Positions 20,740 through 31,415 of a stretch of 64,000 nucleotides of DNA are shown piece by piece. How positions within the stretch are numbered: the first letter of the stretch is position 1; each line of letters begins with the position of its first letter. The translations under genes were made by a program, and so were the position numbers. Location of the stretch: the sequence record PQ657784, one strand, 5' to 3'. The stretch is from Escherichia phage EPIMRB01. The notes beneath the pieces were generated by a model that saw only the letters and a program-made list of their open reading frames with translations, did no database searches and had not been told where the DNA came from.

Positions 20740-22196
20740 AGACCAGTTACCTCATGAAAATCACCAAATACATCCTCAAATGTATTAGCTTTAGTTTTAT
20801 CTTCACGTAAACGAATCGCAATCGGAAGAAATAATTTAACGTAATCAGTGCGGCCGTCAGATTTTAACCAACCATTGCATTCACATTCTAGAATTTTTCC
20901 AATATAATAATTTTGGTTTTCCATAATGCGAGTACGGTCAAGTTCATGCGATTTTACACCGGCTTTATCTTTTAAGCCTGAACCAGCATTTACTTTAATT
21001 TTTCCACACTCTGATTCAAGAATAAATCCACCTGCTTTAGTAGGGTCTTTACGGTGAGGATAAATTCCTACAATTTTTAAATCAACATCAATTACTTCTT
21101 TAAATTTATAAAGATTTTTTGAACGAGCATTTTCCCACAATCCATCGGTATTTTTGAGAATAATACCTTCAAGACCTTGGTCAATATACTTTTTATAAAT
21201 TACCTTAGCTTCATCTAGGTTATTTACTACTTGGTTTTCAATTAAAATTACTTTATCATATCCTGATGTCATTTGTTCTAGTTTAGAAAAACGTACATCA
21301 TATTTTAAACGAAACGCCGGAAGACCGTATATTTCTACCAACGGAACATAATCCCAGACCTGAAACTTCATGCATTTGGCTTCTTTTTCTGAAATAGTTC
21401 CCTTTAAAGATTTATTGGCAATTCCATTAGAAGCAGTACGTGATTCAGCTACTTCGGAAAACTCTTTAGCTTTACTGATTTCAGGAGCATCAAAAAGAAA
21501 ATCTAGGCCTTCTGGCTCTTTTTCAACTTGCTCATGGTATACCAATTCACCATCAATTAACACACCTTCTGGATGAATCTGGCGGGCTTCGGCAGTCATT
21601 TTGATTAACTCTTCTTTAAGAAGATCTAATCCTAGATATTCATTACCAGCTCGTGATAAAAGACGAACATCATCTAATTCATCGCCTCGGACTTCAGCAA
21701 AACACCGAGCTCCATCTGCTTTTAACTGTGCAAAAGCTGGAAATTTGATATTCTTACTAATGCCTTTTTCATCATAAGAACTTGCCAACATTTGAGGTTG
21801 TTCAGGAATTAAACCTGGCCAAACTTTATTTGCAATAGATACTGAAGCACCGCATTCAAGGTCTCGCATCATAACTCGACGCAAAACTTCAACATCATCC
21901 TTTTTACCATCAGTGATATATCCAGTTAATTCCTCAATTGCAGCATTTCCAGTCAATTTCCGAGTAGCTAACGTGAATTCAATGAAGTCAAGCATATCGG
22001 TAATAGTCAGCATTCCAAAACTCTGGGTAGCAATACCAGGTTTAGGCCATTTCTTGATATAATACTGTAACCCACGAGAATAAGTCAGACGATATACTCG
22101 TTTAAGCAATTCATTATCTTTATTCTTTTCAAGAATTGCTTGCTTCTGCTTAGTTGATCCAATAGATGCTATTTCATTCAGAATTTTAAGAATCAT
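20736..22196 (-). CDS. 30: ATP-dependent DNA ligase
   Basis: 486 aa; KxDG adenylation motif (AQLKADGARCF); near-colinear with T4 DNA ligase. Confidence 0.95.
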   Translation of the reverse strand: MILKILNEIASIGSTKQKQAILEKNKDNELLKRVYRLTYSRGLQYYIKKWPKPGIATQSFGMLTITDMLDFIEFTLATRKLTGNAAIEELTGYITDGKKDDVEVLRRVMMRDLECGASVSIANKVWPGLIPEQPQMLASSYDEKGISKNIKFPAFAQLKADGARCFAEVRGDELDDVRLLSRAGNEYLGLDLLKEELIKMTAEARQIHPEGVLIDGELVYHEQVEKEPEGLDFLFDAPEISKAKEFSEVAESRTASNGIANKSLKGTISEKEAKCMKFQVWDYVPLVEIYGLPAFRLKYDVRFSKLEQMTSGYDKVILIENQVVNNLDEAKVIYKKYIDQGLEGIILKNTDGLWENARSKNLYKFKEVIDVDLKIVGIYPHRKDPTKAGGFILESECGKIKVNAGSGLKDKAGVKSHELDRTRIMENQNYYIGKILECECNGWLKSDGRTDYVKLFLPIAIRLREDKTKANTFEDVFGDFHEVTGL

Positions 22197-22462
22197 TGCT
22201 CATCCTTCAAGGTTTGGTTTACAGCTCTATTATAAATCAATTCATCATTAAGCTCAGGCAAAGACTTATGATATGTAGTTCTAACTTTATTTCCTTGCAT
22301 CCAGTGCTTGACGTAAATGAAACCTTGCTCTACGCATTTTTTAAAAATTCGTTCGTCTTTTTGAGCTCGGAATTCTGGATTGCATCTAAAAAATTGATTT
22401 ACGTGACCGTAATCACGTGTAGTATTACCTTCATTTTCATAAATAGTATGAACAACAAACAT
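22193..22462 (-). CDS. Hypothetical protein (30.1 position)
   Basis: 89-aa ORF overlapping neighbours by 4 nt. Confidence 0.5.
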   Translation of the reverse strand: MFVVHTIYENEGNTTRDYGHVNQFFRCNPEFRAQKDERIFKKCVEQGFIYVKHWMQGNKVRTTYHKSLPELNDELIYNRAVNQTLKDEQ

Positions 22463-23301
22463 TAGAATGCTCCTTGAAAAATATTATCACCACTAGTAGG
22501 TCTATTATACAAATACTCTATGCCACCAGGTTTAATATAGTTCCATGTCTGAAATGGATGTGTCTGATATGGATGGTATAGATGATTATAAGGATTAAAT
22601 CCAGGCGTTCTCCAGGTAGTGTTCCAAGGAAAAGAATCGTTTTTAATCATCTTTTCAATTAAATCTTTTATAGCTTTTTCACTATCAAAACTTTCTTTAT
22701 TTTCCTTCGGCGAAAAAAGCTTATTTTCTACATCATTCCATGTATAAACTCGCTGAGCAGTTTTTGGAATATTGTCACGCTCTCCTCGAGCCATCCAATA
22801 AACCGGAACATTTAATATTTCACTCGCGTGGTCGCAGTGGTGAGCGAGATCGTCAATATAACAAATTACGTTATATTTCTCTTTTGCCTTTTTGAATAAC
22901 TCTTCTTTTGAAGAATCATGACCACACATCATTACTTCTGAGAAGGCACCAGGAAAAAGAGCATTCAAATTAAATTGACGATTCAGCAGAGCGTCAATAG
23001 AATCACCCAATGCTGTAACAGCTACAAAATTATAATCTTCTTTTAGTTTGTTAATTACGCACAATGCATCTTTATATGGAGACAAGTAACGAATAAAATC
23101 TGAACGATTGTATTTTTCAATTAGCTTGACACCGAGTTCTTCATCACAATTAAAGAGTTTACCCGGAGAAATAAATTTCTCATCTTGGATCATTTTTAAA
23201 ATATGTTCTAACGGAAGATTATATTTCTGAGCAAAATAAGGAAGACCTGATTGCCAGCTTAAACATACTCCATCAATATCAGTCAAAATAGTAGGCTTCA
23301 T
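22462..23301 (-). CDS. HAD-superfamily phosphatase-like protein (possible 5'(3')-deoxyribonucleotidase type)
   Basis: 279 aa; HAD motif I ILTDIDGV at N-terminus, motif II VAVT, motif IV YIDDLAHH. Confidence 0.6.
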   Translation of the reverse strand: MKPTILTDIDGVCLSWQSGLPYFAQKYNLPLEHILKMIQDEKFISPGKLFNCDEELGVKLIEKYNRSDFIRYLSPYKDALCVINKLKEDYNFVAVTALGDSIDALLNRQFNLNALFPGAFSEVMMCGHDSSKEELFKKAKEKYNVICYIDDLAHHCDHASEILNVPVYWMARGERDNIPKTAQRVYTWNDVENKLFSPKENKESFDSEKAIKDLIEKMIKNDSFPWNTTWRTPGFNPYNHLYHPYQTHPFQTWNYIKPGGIEYLYNRPTSGDNIFQGAF

Positions 23302-23762
23302 AGAGAGTCTCTTAGTAGGTTTAACACATCAATAAATTCAGCTTCGGTTAGTATTGTATCATCTTTTGTTAGACCACTAGCCATGCTGTGCTTCAAAACT
23401 TTTCCTTTCGAGGCTTGTAATGCATCGCGAAAGCCCCTGTTTTGGATCGCTGCTTCAAAATATGCATTTGTGTATAATTCTTTCCACGCCGGGGAGTATC
23501 TTGAAAACGGAACTCCAAGCCAGAAGAGGGTCCCACGGTCCTGAGCTCTAGCATAAGACCTTCCAGCTTGTTGGGCGGCAAGCCCGGATAACCCAAATAT
23601 ACGACGTTGCTGTTCAATATTTTTCACCTTACACCCTTGGAGGAATCCTTCGAGACCTCCAAATTGGATACCATCCATAACAAAAGGCCATTGGGCGAAA
23701 TTACTTAATGCGCATGATGGCCATCTAAAATTGCTTCTTATCTCTAGCTCAGACATTTTCAA
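23298..23762 (-). CDS. NADAR / YbiA-like (DUF1768-type) protein, putative
   Basis: 154 aa; LSNFAQWPFVMDG...EGFLQGCK resembles the YbiA/NADAR signature SNFAAWP..VDG...EHYFQAQK; recalled from memory, not searched. Confidence 0.55.
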   Translation of the reverse strand: MKMSELEIRSNFRWPSCALSNFAQWPFVMDGIQFGGLEGFLQGCKVKNIEQQRRIFGLSGLAAQQAGRSYARAQDRGTLFWLGVPFSRYSPAWKELYTNAYFEAAIQNRGFRDALQASKGKVLKHSMASGLTKDDTILTEAEFIDVLNLLRDSL

Positions 23763-23955
23763 TACTTATAATTTCAACATCAGCCCAATGACCATAGCAA
23801 GGAAGACGAAATTCAACTGGCCAGTTAGGGTCCTTTTCTAATATAATAGACTGAACTTGTGGCTCTTCATATTCATCGGTATACGGACCTTTATACGTTA
23901 CTTTATATGTGACCTTAATGTACTTAATTCCAAAAATCTTATTAATTATATTCAT
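23749..23955 (-). CDS. Hypothetical protein
   Basis: 68-aa ORF in tightly overlapping array. Confidence 0.45.
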   Translation of the reverse strand: MNIINKIFGIKYIKVTYKVTYKGPYTDEYEEPQVQSIILEKDPNWPVEFRLPCYGHWADVEIISIENV

Positions 23956-24149
23956 ACTAATTCCTTTAATCCGTAAATAGGAGATAATTCATCGCCCATA
24001 CGAAGGTCTTCATTTCCATCTACCCAGGAAACAATATAAGCCTCTTTTATTTGAATACCACTCCATTTAAATGGAGGTAGAACCTTAGAAATTAATCCAG
24101 GTATACCAACTCCCTTTAATTCAACAGTTTGACCTAAAAAGAATTTCAT
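23952..24149 (-). CDS. Hypothetical protein
   Basis: 65-aa ORF, 4-nt overlaps on both sides. Confidence 0.45.
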   Translation of the reverse strand: MKFFLGQTVELKGVGIPGLISKVLPPFKWSGIQIKEAYIVSWVDGNEDLRMGDELSPIYGLKELV

Positions 24150-24436
24150 TAGAACCTCATCTGAAAACCGTGCGATTTAACATTACCGCCGCCAATATCA
24201 GAAATGTTAATTTCACGCGCAATTGAAGGGTCAATGTCAATTTCACGATTGAGTTTAGTGATAGCTAAAGTATCGCGGCCATTTACAGTACGGAACTCTA
24301 AAGGACATACTACATTAACGTAGTTTTTAATCGATTCACTAGTAGGTTGCAAATGAGCAGGAAGGTCTTTAGGCGCCTTAGAGAAAACTACTTCGCAGAA
24401 ATTTTTACGGGTATCAAAATAAGTAGTCATAAACAT
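24149..24436 (-). CDS. Hypothetical protein
   Basis: 95-aa ORF with SD GAGGAAAA. Confidence 0.5.
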   Translation of the reverse strand: MFMTTYFDTRKNFCEVVFSKAPKDLPAHLQPTSESIKNYVNVVCPLEFRTVNGRDTLAITKLNREIDIDPSIAREINISDIGGGNVKSHGFQMRF

Positions 24437-24477
24437 AGTATTTTCCTCAGTAAGGGGCCGAAGCCCCTCATTTTATT

Positions 24478-24843
24478 TTAAATATCAAATTCGTTAAGAA
24501 CTACATCAAAGATTGCTTCAAGATGCTCAGGTTTAGCTCTGTTACTCAGAATATGACGAATCCAAGTTTTAACCAGAAGCTTGCGATTAACGCCATTCCA
24601 GCAAGGATGAGTCCCTAAATCGCGTTGACGAAAATCATCATCCAAAGCGATTTTGAAGTTGGAACCTTCCATTGTGATTGAAACCGTGATGCCATTTTCA
24701 AATCGCATATAAACGTAGTTAGGAGTCATATACTGTTCAATTTCGCATACTGATCCATTTTGATGTTTCCAAAGGCAAATAGTATCAATAGAACCTGCAA
24801 TACCATTAGAAACATATTTACGTTCAAAGTTGATGTAGTTCAT
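24478..24843 (-). CDS. Hypothetical protein
   Basis: 121-aa ORF. Confidence 0.5.
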   Translation of the reverse strand: MNYINFERKYVSNGIAGSIDTICLWKHQNGSVCEIEQYMTPNYVYMRFENGITVSITMEGSNFKIALDDDFRQRDLGTHPCWNGVNRKLLVKTWIRHILSNRAKPEHLEAIFDVVLNEFDI

Positions 24844-24911
24844 TTTTATTCTCCGAGATGTTTAATTGCGGTACAGGTATATAATATCATATCCTGTACC
24901 AAAGTAAACAA

Positions 24912-25244
24912 TTATTTTACTACTTTCCAGTGCTGCATGTCAAGTTTACCAACTTTTTTCATCTTCTCAATTAAGCGTTCGGCGCGTTGGCGAGCTGTAA
25001 CATAATACCATTCACCTAATTCATTTTGTTCAATTTTTCCAACGATTACTGTATTCAATTCATAAATCCAACCAGTAAAGAAATTATGAACTTGAATTGT
25101 AAAGGTGAAATCTGTTCCCATACCTTCTGTTGTTTCTACTTCAATAATATCACCTTCAACTGCCATTAAGAACCACATAGTTTCATCATATTTACCGTTG
25201 AAGCATTTAGTTTTAACTGCAGCGTTCAGATTAATTGTTTTCAT
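24912..25244 (-). CDS. Hypothetical protein
   Basis: 110-aa ORF downstream of an early promoter / stem-loop cassette. Confidence 0.5.
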   Translation of the reverse strand: MKTINLNAAVKTKCFNGKYDETMWFLMAVEGDIIEVETTEGMGTDFTFTIQVHNFFTGWIYELNTVIVGKIEQNELGEWYYVTARQRAERLIEKMKKVGKLDMQHWKVVK

Positions 25245-25271
25245 TTTATTCTCCTTTGTTTGTGTAAGATA

Positions 25272-25301
25272 ATACTATCACAAAGGAACTATACTGTAAA
25301 C
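25272..25301 (-). promoter_or_regulatory. Early-type promoter
   Basis: Minus strand TTTACA, 17-nt spacer, TAGTAT. Confidence 0.5.
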
Positions 25302-25331
25302 AACTTTGTGCAATCTTTGGAAAATAAAAAA

Positions 25332-25349
25332 GGACTCCCGAAGGAGTCC
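25332..25349 (-). terminator. Rho-independent terminator
   Basis: GGACTCC-TTCG-GGAGTCC followed by T7 run on minus strand. Confidence 0.65.
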
Positions 25350-25354
25350 TCAAC

Positions 25355-25573
25355 TTATGCTTTCTGCTTACCAAAACGAGAAGCATCATCTCGAAGAACC
25401 GCACGTGCTCGGCGCATGATCTTCTCAACAGTTTGATTGATACGAGAGTTCGACCCACGCTTGTAACCAGCGCGTTTAGAATCACCAACTTTCTTTTCAA
25501 CTGCTTTCTTTGCTTTAGCTTGTTTTGCCATTATAAATTCTCTTTTAAATGAAAATGCAGGACTTATTGGCAT
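25355..25573 (-). CDS. Small highly basic protein of unknown function
   Basis: 72-codon ORF (58 aa if started at internal MAKQAKAKK); Lys/Arg-rich; start not resolved. Confidence 0.45.
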   Translation of the reverse strand: MPISPAFSFKREFIMAKQAKAKKAVEKKVGDSKRAGYKRGSNSRINQTVEKIMRRARAVLRDDASRFGKQKA

Positions 25574-25928
25574 TGCCTGCGCAAGCCCTCAAGGGGAACA
25601 TAGGTTTTTGAATATTTAACGACCAGGATAATCATAAACCCGTCATCATACCTTATAGCTCTTATCTGTTGCACACCGTTAGCTTAAAGGTTCCGGGTTC
25701 GATTTCTCGAGGATAAGATATATACTGATGGATATATAGGCCTTGAGGCGTACTCCCGATTAGCCATCACCTCGGGGTAGCATGCACTTGCCGCTATAAA
25801 ATAACATTCAAGAGGTACACCGTAAAACTGCCGGGGTCTTAAAACTATAATGATTCGCAAATCATTAATCAGACAGTTCGACGGCTCCTCGTTTTAACTT
25901 CACACTAAGGCAGTGACTCTCCAATAAA

Positions 25929-26177
25929 TTACTTCAGTGTTACCACAAAGTGACGAACTGCTTTTCGTGCAGCAGAAGCCAGTGGCTTAGCATATTTAAG
26001 TTCATCTTTTTCCTGAAGCTCAGCAGCTAATGCAGTTTGAGCAGGATTCAGATGTTTGAAATAACGCAGGATTTCAAGAGCTTCGGCTTCAACATCAATA
26101 GATGCGCCATAGTTTTCGTGACCATTATTCCATGCGTTTCGTTGCAGTTCAAGAGCGTGTTGTAATTGTTTAATCAT
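25929..26177 (-). CDS. rIII: rIII lysis-inhibition accessory protein
   Basis: 82 aa as in T4 RIII; located upstream of gene 31. Confidence 0.85.
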   Translation of the reverse strand: MIKQLQHALELQRNAWNNGHENYGASIDVEAEALEILRYFKHLNPAQTALAAELQEKDELKYAKPLASAARKAVRHFVVTLK

Positions 26178-26324
26178 TTAAAAATTCTCGTTAGAGATTA
26201 AAACTCGGTAGTCACGTTCTTCTGAATTTCATCTTCTTTCGACAGATCTCTCAGTTGTAGACTACCACATAGAATTGTTCGGTTAACTTATTATTCCGAC
26301 ACCCAATTCATATTATTATTTATA

Positions 26325-26660
26325 TCACTTATAAAGACACGGAATAGCTTTATAGTGACAGGTAACGAATTTTTGTTTAATTTCTTTTGGCTGCTTAAGA
26401 CCCAGAGCTACAAAAGGATGCGGAACGTTTCGAATTTGACCAACTGGAAGAGAAGTCAAATCACCAACTTCGCAGAAACCTTCAGGAACATCAGGACCAA
26501 CAGAGTGAACTACACACAGTTCAGGAACTTCACCTTGAACACGTTTACCGATAATAAGTCCTGATTCTGTAACTTCTTCATCACCGGCTTGTGCAGGTTC
26601 AGAAACTAAAATAACATATTCACCGACAGCACGAATTGGTAGCTGTTGTACTTCAGACAT
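26325..26660 (-). CDS. 31: Co-chaperonin gp31 (GroES analogue for capsid folding)
   Basis: 111 aa as in T4 gp31; GroES-like mobile loop region. Confidence 0.9.
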
Positions 26661-26716
26661 CGTTTTTCCTTTTTGTTAACAGATGAATTAATAATAACAA
26701 ATAATTCTTAAAGCAT

Positions 26717-27025
26717 TTATTTACCAATAAATTGAAGCAAATGCTCAACTTTCATACCATTAACGGAAATCAATTTGTCAATAGAAAAACCTCGCCATGC
26801 ACCAAGCTCAACATCAAATACTGGAATCATATCAGTAGATTCTTTCCGAGTAGATTCAGTCAATTTACCGGTTTGCATGGTTGGCATAAAGTCCGCATCA
26901 CGAGTGCCTTTCATAGTACGAATAGTACCATCAGACTTTTCAAAAACTACGTTTGAAACCCCCATGGACAATTTAGTTTTCAAAATTTCACGAATTGCTA
27001 CTTTCTGTTCAGTTGTCAGTTTCAT
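26717..27025 (-). CDS. Hypothetical protein (31.1 position)
   Basis: 102-aa ORF. Confidence 0.5.
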   Translation of the reverse strand: MKLTTEQKVAIREILKTKLSMGVSNVVFEKSDGTIRTMKGTRDADFMPTMQTGKLTESTRKESTDMIPVFDVELGAWRGFSIDKLISVNGMKVEHLLQFIGK

Positions 27026-27262
27026 TTATTTACCTATTACAGTTTTAATATGGGTTGTTCCACGTTCTTTAAGAGTGGAAAGCAATTTTTGGCATTTTTC
27101 TAAATCAGATTTCCAACTATACGGTCTATCAATACAAACCCATTCTGACTTATAATACTGCTTCCATTTAGAGAAAAAATATTTCTTATACTCTACAGCA
27201 AATGAAATATTCTCGTTAGAATAAGAACTAATTGCTGTGAGCTGTACCAAGCGAAATTTCAT
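27026..27262 (-). CDS. Hypothetical protein (31.2 position)
   Basis: 78-aa ORF abutting cd. Confidence 0.5.
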   Translation of the reverse strand: MKFRLVQLTAISSYSNENISFAVEYKKYFFSKWKQYYKSEWVCIDRPYSWKSDLEKCQKLLSTLKERGTTHIKTVIGK

Positions 27263-27843
27263 TATTCACCACAGAATTCGTTGATATTTTCCCAGTTTAA
27301 CTTATTCAAGTTTTTCTTAGGAACATTAAACACTTCAATACCCGCATTTCGCAGAATATCATCCCAGCCAGGTTTATTTTTATCATATGTTTCACAATAA
27401 ACCAGCTTTTTAATACCAGATTGAGCTATCGCTTTTGCGCAATCTGGGCAAGGAGAAAGTGTTACATACATAGTAGCACCTTCAATTGAAGAACCGTTTC
27501 GTGCAGCAAACAAAATCGCATTTAGTTCAGCATGAATTTCATTTTTAGACGACCATTCAGAGTGAGCGCTACGGTGTTCTTTCGCTAAGACAAAACGATC
27601 AGTTGAACCAAACGATACGCATTCGGGCTTATGACCTTGAATGATAGTATGTTTAGGCTTATTCAGCAACCAACCTTGCTCGGCAGCATAATCACAACAG
27701 TTCACACCCCCGGCAGGTGAACCATTATATCCGGTAGAAATAATACGTCCATTCTTTTCAATTACTGCTCCTACCTTCCAGGAGCAACATTTTGATTCTT
27801 GCGATACTAAATATGCAATTTGAAGTACTGTACTCGCTTTCAT
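27262..27843 (-). CDS. cd: dCMP deaminase
   Basis: 193 aa; zinc-binding HAE (HAELNAI) and PCxxC (PCPDCAKAI) motifs. Confidence 0.93.
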   Translation of the reverse strand: MKASTVLQIAYLVSQESKCCSWKVGAVIEKNGRIISTGYNGSPAGGVNCCDYAAEQGWLLNKPKHTIIQGHKPECVSFGSTDRFVLAKEHRSAHSEWSSKNEIHAELNAILFAARNGSSIEGATMYVTLSPCPDCAKAIAQSGIKKLVYCETYDKNKPGWDDILRNAGIEVFNVPKKNLNKLNWENINEFCGE

Positions 27844-28178
27844 TTCATAATCACCAGATAAGCAGATTTAGCAGTTTCAACACGATAAATTTCGTGGCGA
27901 AGTTTAGTTATACTTTTAATAACAGAACTAATTATATTCTGCCCATCTTTAAAGCGGTTTTTCTTATCAATAAAAATTGCGCCAACCATCTTTTTGTGAA
28001 GCTCAACTGGGTACTTCGTCACAATAATAGCATCATACACAGAAGGATGAATACTATTCACTAAAGTGTCATTCATTAAAGTTATTCTAATGAACTGTGC
28101 TGTTTCAGAGTCAAGCGCTCTATGATCGCCAGTATCATTTTCAAGACAATTATCAATTATATCAGTTAAATTCATCAT
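27840..28178 (-). CDS. Hypothetical protein
   Basis: 112-aa ORF, 4-nt overlap with cd. Confidence 0.5.
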   Translation of the reverse strand: MMNLTDIIDNCLENDTGDHRALDSETAQFIRITLMNDTLVNSIHPSVYDAIIVTKYPVELHKKMVGAIFIDKKNRFKDGQNIISSVIKSITKLRHEIYRVETAKSAYLVIMK

Positions 28179-28411
28179 AGTACGCCATACACCCTTTGTG
28201 CTTCAACTAATCCATCAAAATCCAATTTGAGATGTGTTATTTGGTCACCATCACCTGGATTCACAATTACTAATACTGAACGAGGAGTTTCGGTAATAAC
28301 GCGAACCGATGTTTCTGGAAATCGTTCAGAAACCTTATTTACCAATTCCTGAGCAAATAGTTTAACTTTTTCTTGGAATTCTTTGACAGTAATTGGTTTT
28401 TCACTTAGCAT
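28175..28411 (-). CDS. Hypothetical protein
   Basis: 78-aa ORF. Confidence 0.5.
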   Translation of the reverse strand: MLSEKPITVKEFQEKVKLFAQELVNKVSERFPETSVRVITETPRSVLVIVNPGDGDQITHLKLDFDGLVEAQRVYGVL

Positions 28412-28935
28412 GTTGATCCCAGCTCCTTACTTTCAACGTTTTTGACTAATTTAACAGAAACTAATTCAGCATCTTGTGTAATCATTACCGGGCCTTCTTC
28501 ATACTCTTCAAGATATTCTAGAGCTTTCTTTTTAGCTTCTTCCTTCGTGTCAGTTTGAGCATAGATATAAAACATGCAACCACCAGTAATACCTACTACT
28601 TTCCACTTAATTTCTTTATCAGTTTTAATTTCAAATTTACTGACAGAATCATCTTTTTGAACTTCTTCGAAAAAAGAATATTCTAACATATAAGCAATTG
28701 AAAATAGCGGGCTAACTTTATAGGATTCGCCCATTACATCAACAGCTTTATACCAGCGGTCATCAATTTCGCGTTTAATGCTAATAACATTTTTCGCAGG
28801 ATCTATTTTTACTTTAAATGAATTTTCCCCAATAAACTGGGCAATTCGTTTATTAGCCCCGCAAGTTTCATTAAAAATATCTTTATATCCAGCTTTAAAG
28901 CGATAAACCTTATCTTCTTCAAACCATTCGCTCAT
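28405..28935 (-). CDS. Hypothetical protein
   Basis: 176-aa ORF. Confidence 0.55.
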   Translation of the reverse strand: MSEWFEEDKVYRFKAGYKDIFNETCGANKRIAQFIGENSFKVKIDPAKNVISIKREIDDRWYKAVDVMGESYKVSPLFSIAYMLEYSFFEEVQKDDSVSKFEIKTDKEIKWKVVGITGGCMFYIYAQTDTKEEAKKKALEYLEEYEEGPVMITQDAELVSVKLVKNVESKELGSTC

Positions 28936-28997
28936 TTCAATTTCCTCATTTGTTTCGGTAGAGCTATAATATCACAACTCTACCACAAAGTAAACTA

Positions 28998-29273
28998 TTA
29001 AATTGCTTTGAATTCTGATGTCTGCGATTCAAAACGAATATCACCTTTGATGACTAACTCAGCGTCAAGACCGAATACGACAATGATATGCGCGGAACCT
29101 GGATACAGCGTAATGGCAATAGAATCCACCTGGTCTGGAAGCAAAGTGTTCAATACATGAGTCACTTGAGCATGAATTCTAAGCTCGGCTGCGTTATCAA
29201 GCTTTTCAAACATATTATTAGCAATAATTTGGCTAAACACTACTTCTACGATTTTAGAATAAGTCGGAAACAT
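28998..29273 (-). CDS. Hypothetical protein
   Basis: 91-aa ORF. Confidence 0.5.
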   Translation of the reverse strand: MFPTYSKIVEVVFSQIIANNMFEKLDNAAELRIHAQVTHVLNTLLPDQVDSIAITLYPGSAHIIVVFGLDAELVIKGDIRFESQTSEFKAI

Positions 29274-29275
29274 AT

Positions 29276-29468
29276 TTACCTCACATAATTTTCTTCAAGC
29301 CAATCAATAACATCTAACGCATTATCAAAAGTTGAACCATCTACTTTGTCTTCTGTTTCATAATCAAGAACATCTAAGCCTACTCTTCCATTAACAATAG
29401 GCCATAAACAAAATAAATATTTCTTTTCTTTTTCAATTTTATCACAAAGTTGATAAATCTTTTCTATG

Positions 29469-29476
<8 letters not shown>
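29276..29476 (-). CDS. Hypothetical protein
   Basis: 66-aa ORF. Confidence 0.45.
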
Positions 29477-30891
<1,415 letters not shown>

Positions 30892-30894
30892 TTA

Positions 30895-31125
30895 TTATTT
30901 CTCAACCAACGATTGAATATAATCATGCAGGTCTTTAGATGCTTTACCCCACTTATTTTGGTATTCATTTTTAAGATTAGCACGTGATTGAGCTAATAAA
31001 ACATCATTAGTTGGAGGTAAAGATTCTAATCGTTGAATCTGGCGTCCGTAAATCATTGCAGCCATCTCGGATTCATAAATCAATCCTTTGAGATGTTCAA
31101 ATTGATGCCATGAAATCATTTGCAT
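30895..31125 (-). CDS. Hypothetical protein
   Basis: 76-aa ORF. Confidence 0.45.
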   Translation of the reverse strand: MQMISWHQFEHLKGLIYESEMAAMIYGRQIQRLESLPPTNDVLLAQSRANLKNEYQNKWGKASKDLHDYIQSLVEK

Positions 31126-31415
31126 TTATCCTCTTTTAACTCTTGGCGATAATAACATATCATAGTTTTCTGATCATGTACATATCGTTTTACATCATTA
31201 AGCCAAATGCGAAATTCCTGGGAATCTTCAAATGGCATACCGATCCAAGCTTTACCATCAATAACTTTAACTTGCCAAGATAGTTTAGCTTCATCATATG
31301 ACTTTATCTGCACAGGCCAATTAGGATGAACTGTTTCTTTCTTTACTTCTAGAGGCTTTGTCGAACAACCAACTAGAAGACCAATAGATAATATTACTGC
31401 TGATAGTTTAATCAT
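31116..31415 (-). CDS. Outer-membrane spanin (Rz1-like lipoprotein)
   Basis: 99 aa; signal peptide with lipobox LLVGC; 4-nt overlap with the upstream i-spanin ORF. Confidence 0.7.
   Translation of the reverse strand: MIKLSAVILSIGLLVGCSTKPLEVKKETVHPNWPVQIKSYDEAKLSWQVKVIDGKAWIGMPFEDSQEFRIWLNDVKRYVHDQKTMICYYRQELKEDKCK

Noticed and set aside
22196-22465. 89-aa plus-strand ORF
   Set aside because: Exact antisense of the minus-strand 30.1-position ORF within a uniformly minus-strand gene array.
25689-25710. tRNA-like T-arm motif GGTTCCGGGTTCGATTTC
   Set aside because: No acceptable cloverleaf could be built on either strand (acceptor and T-stems mispaired, length too short); kept only as part of the noncoding-gap observation.
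26355-27155. Plus-strand ORFs (69, 74, 126 aa) opposite gene 31 and the 31.1 ORF
   Set aside because: Antisense to well-supported genes; no promoters or SD.
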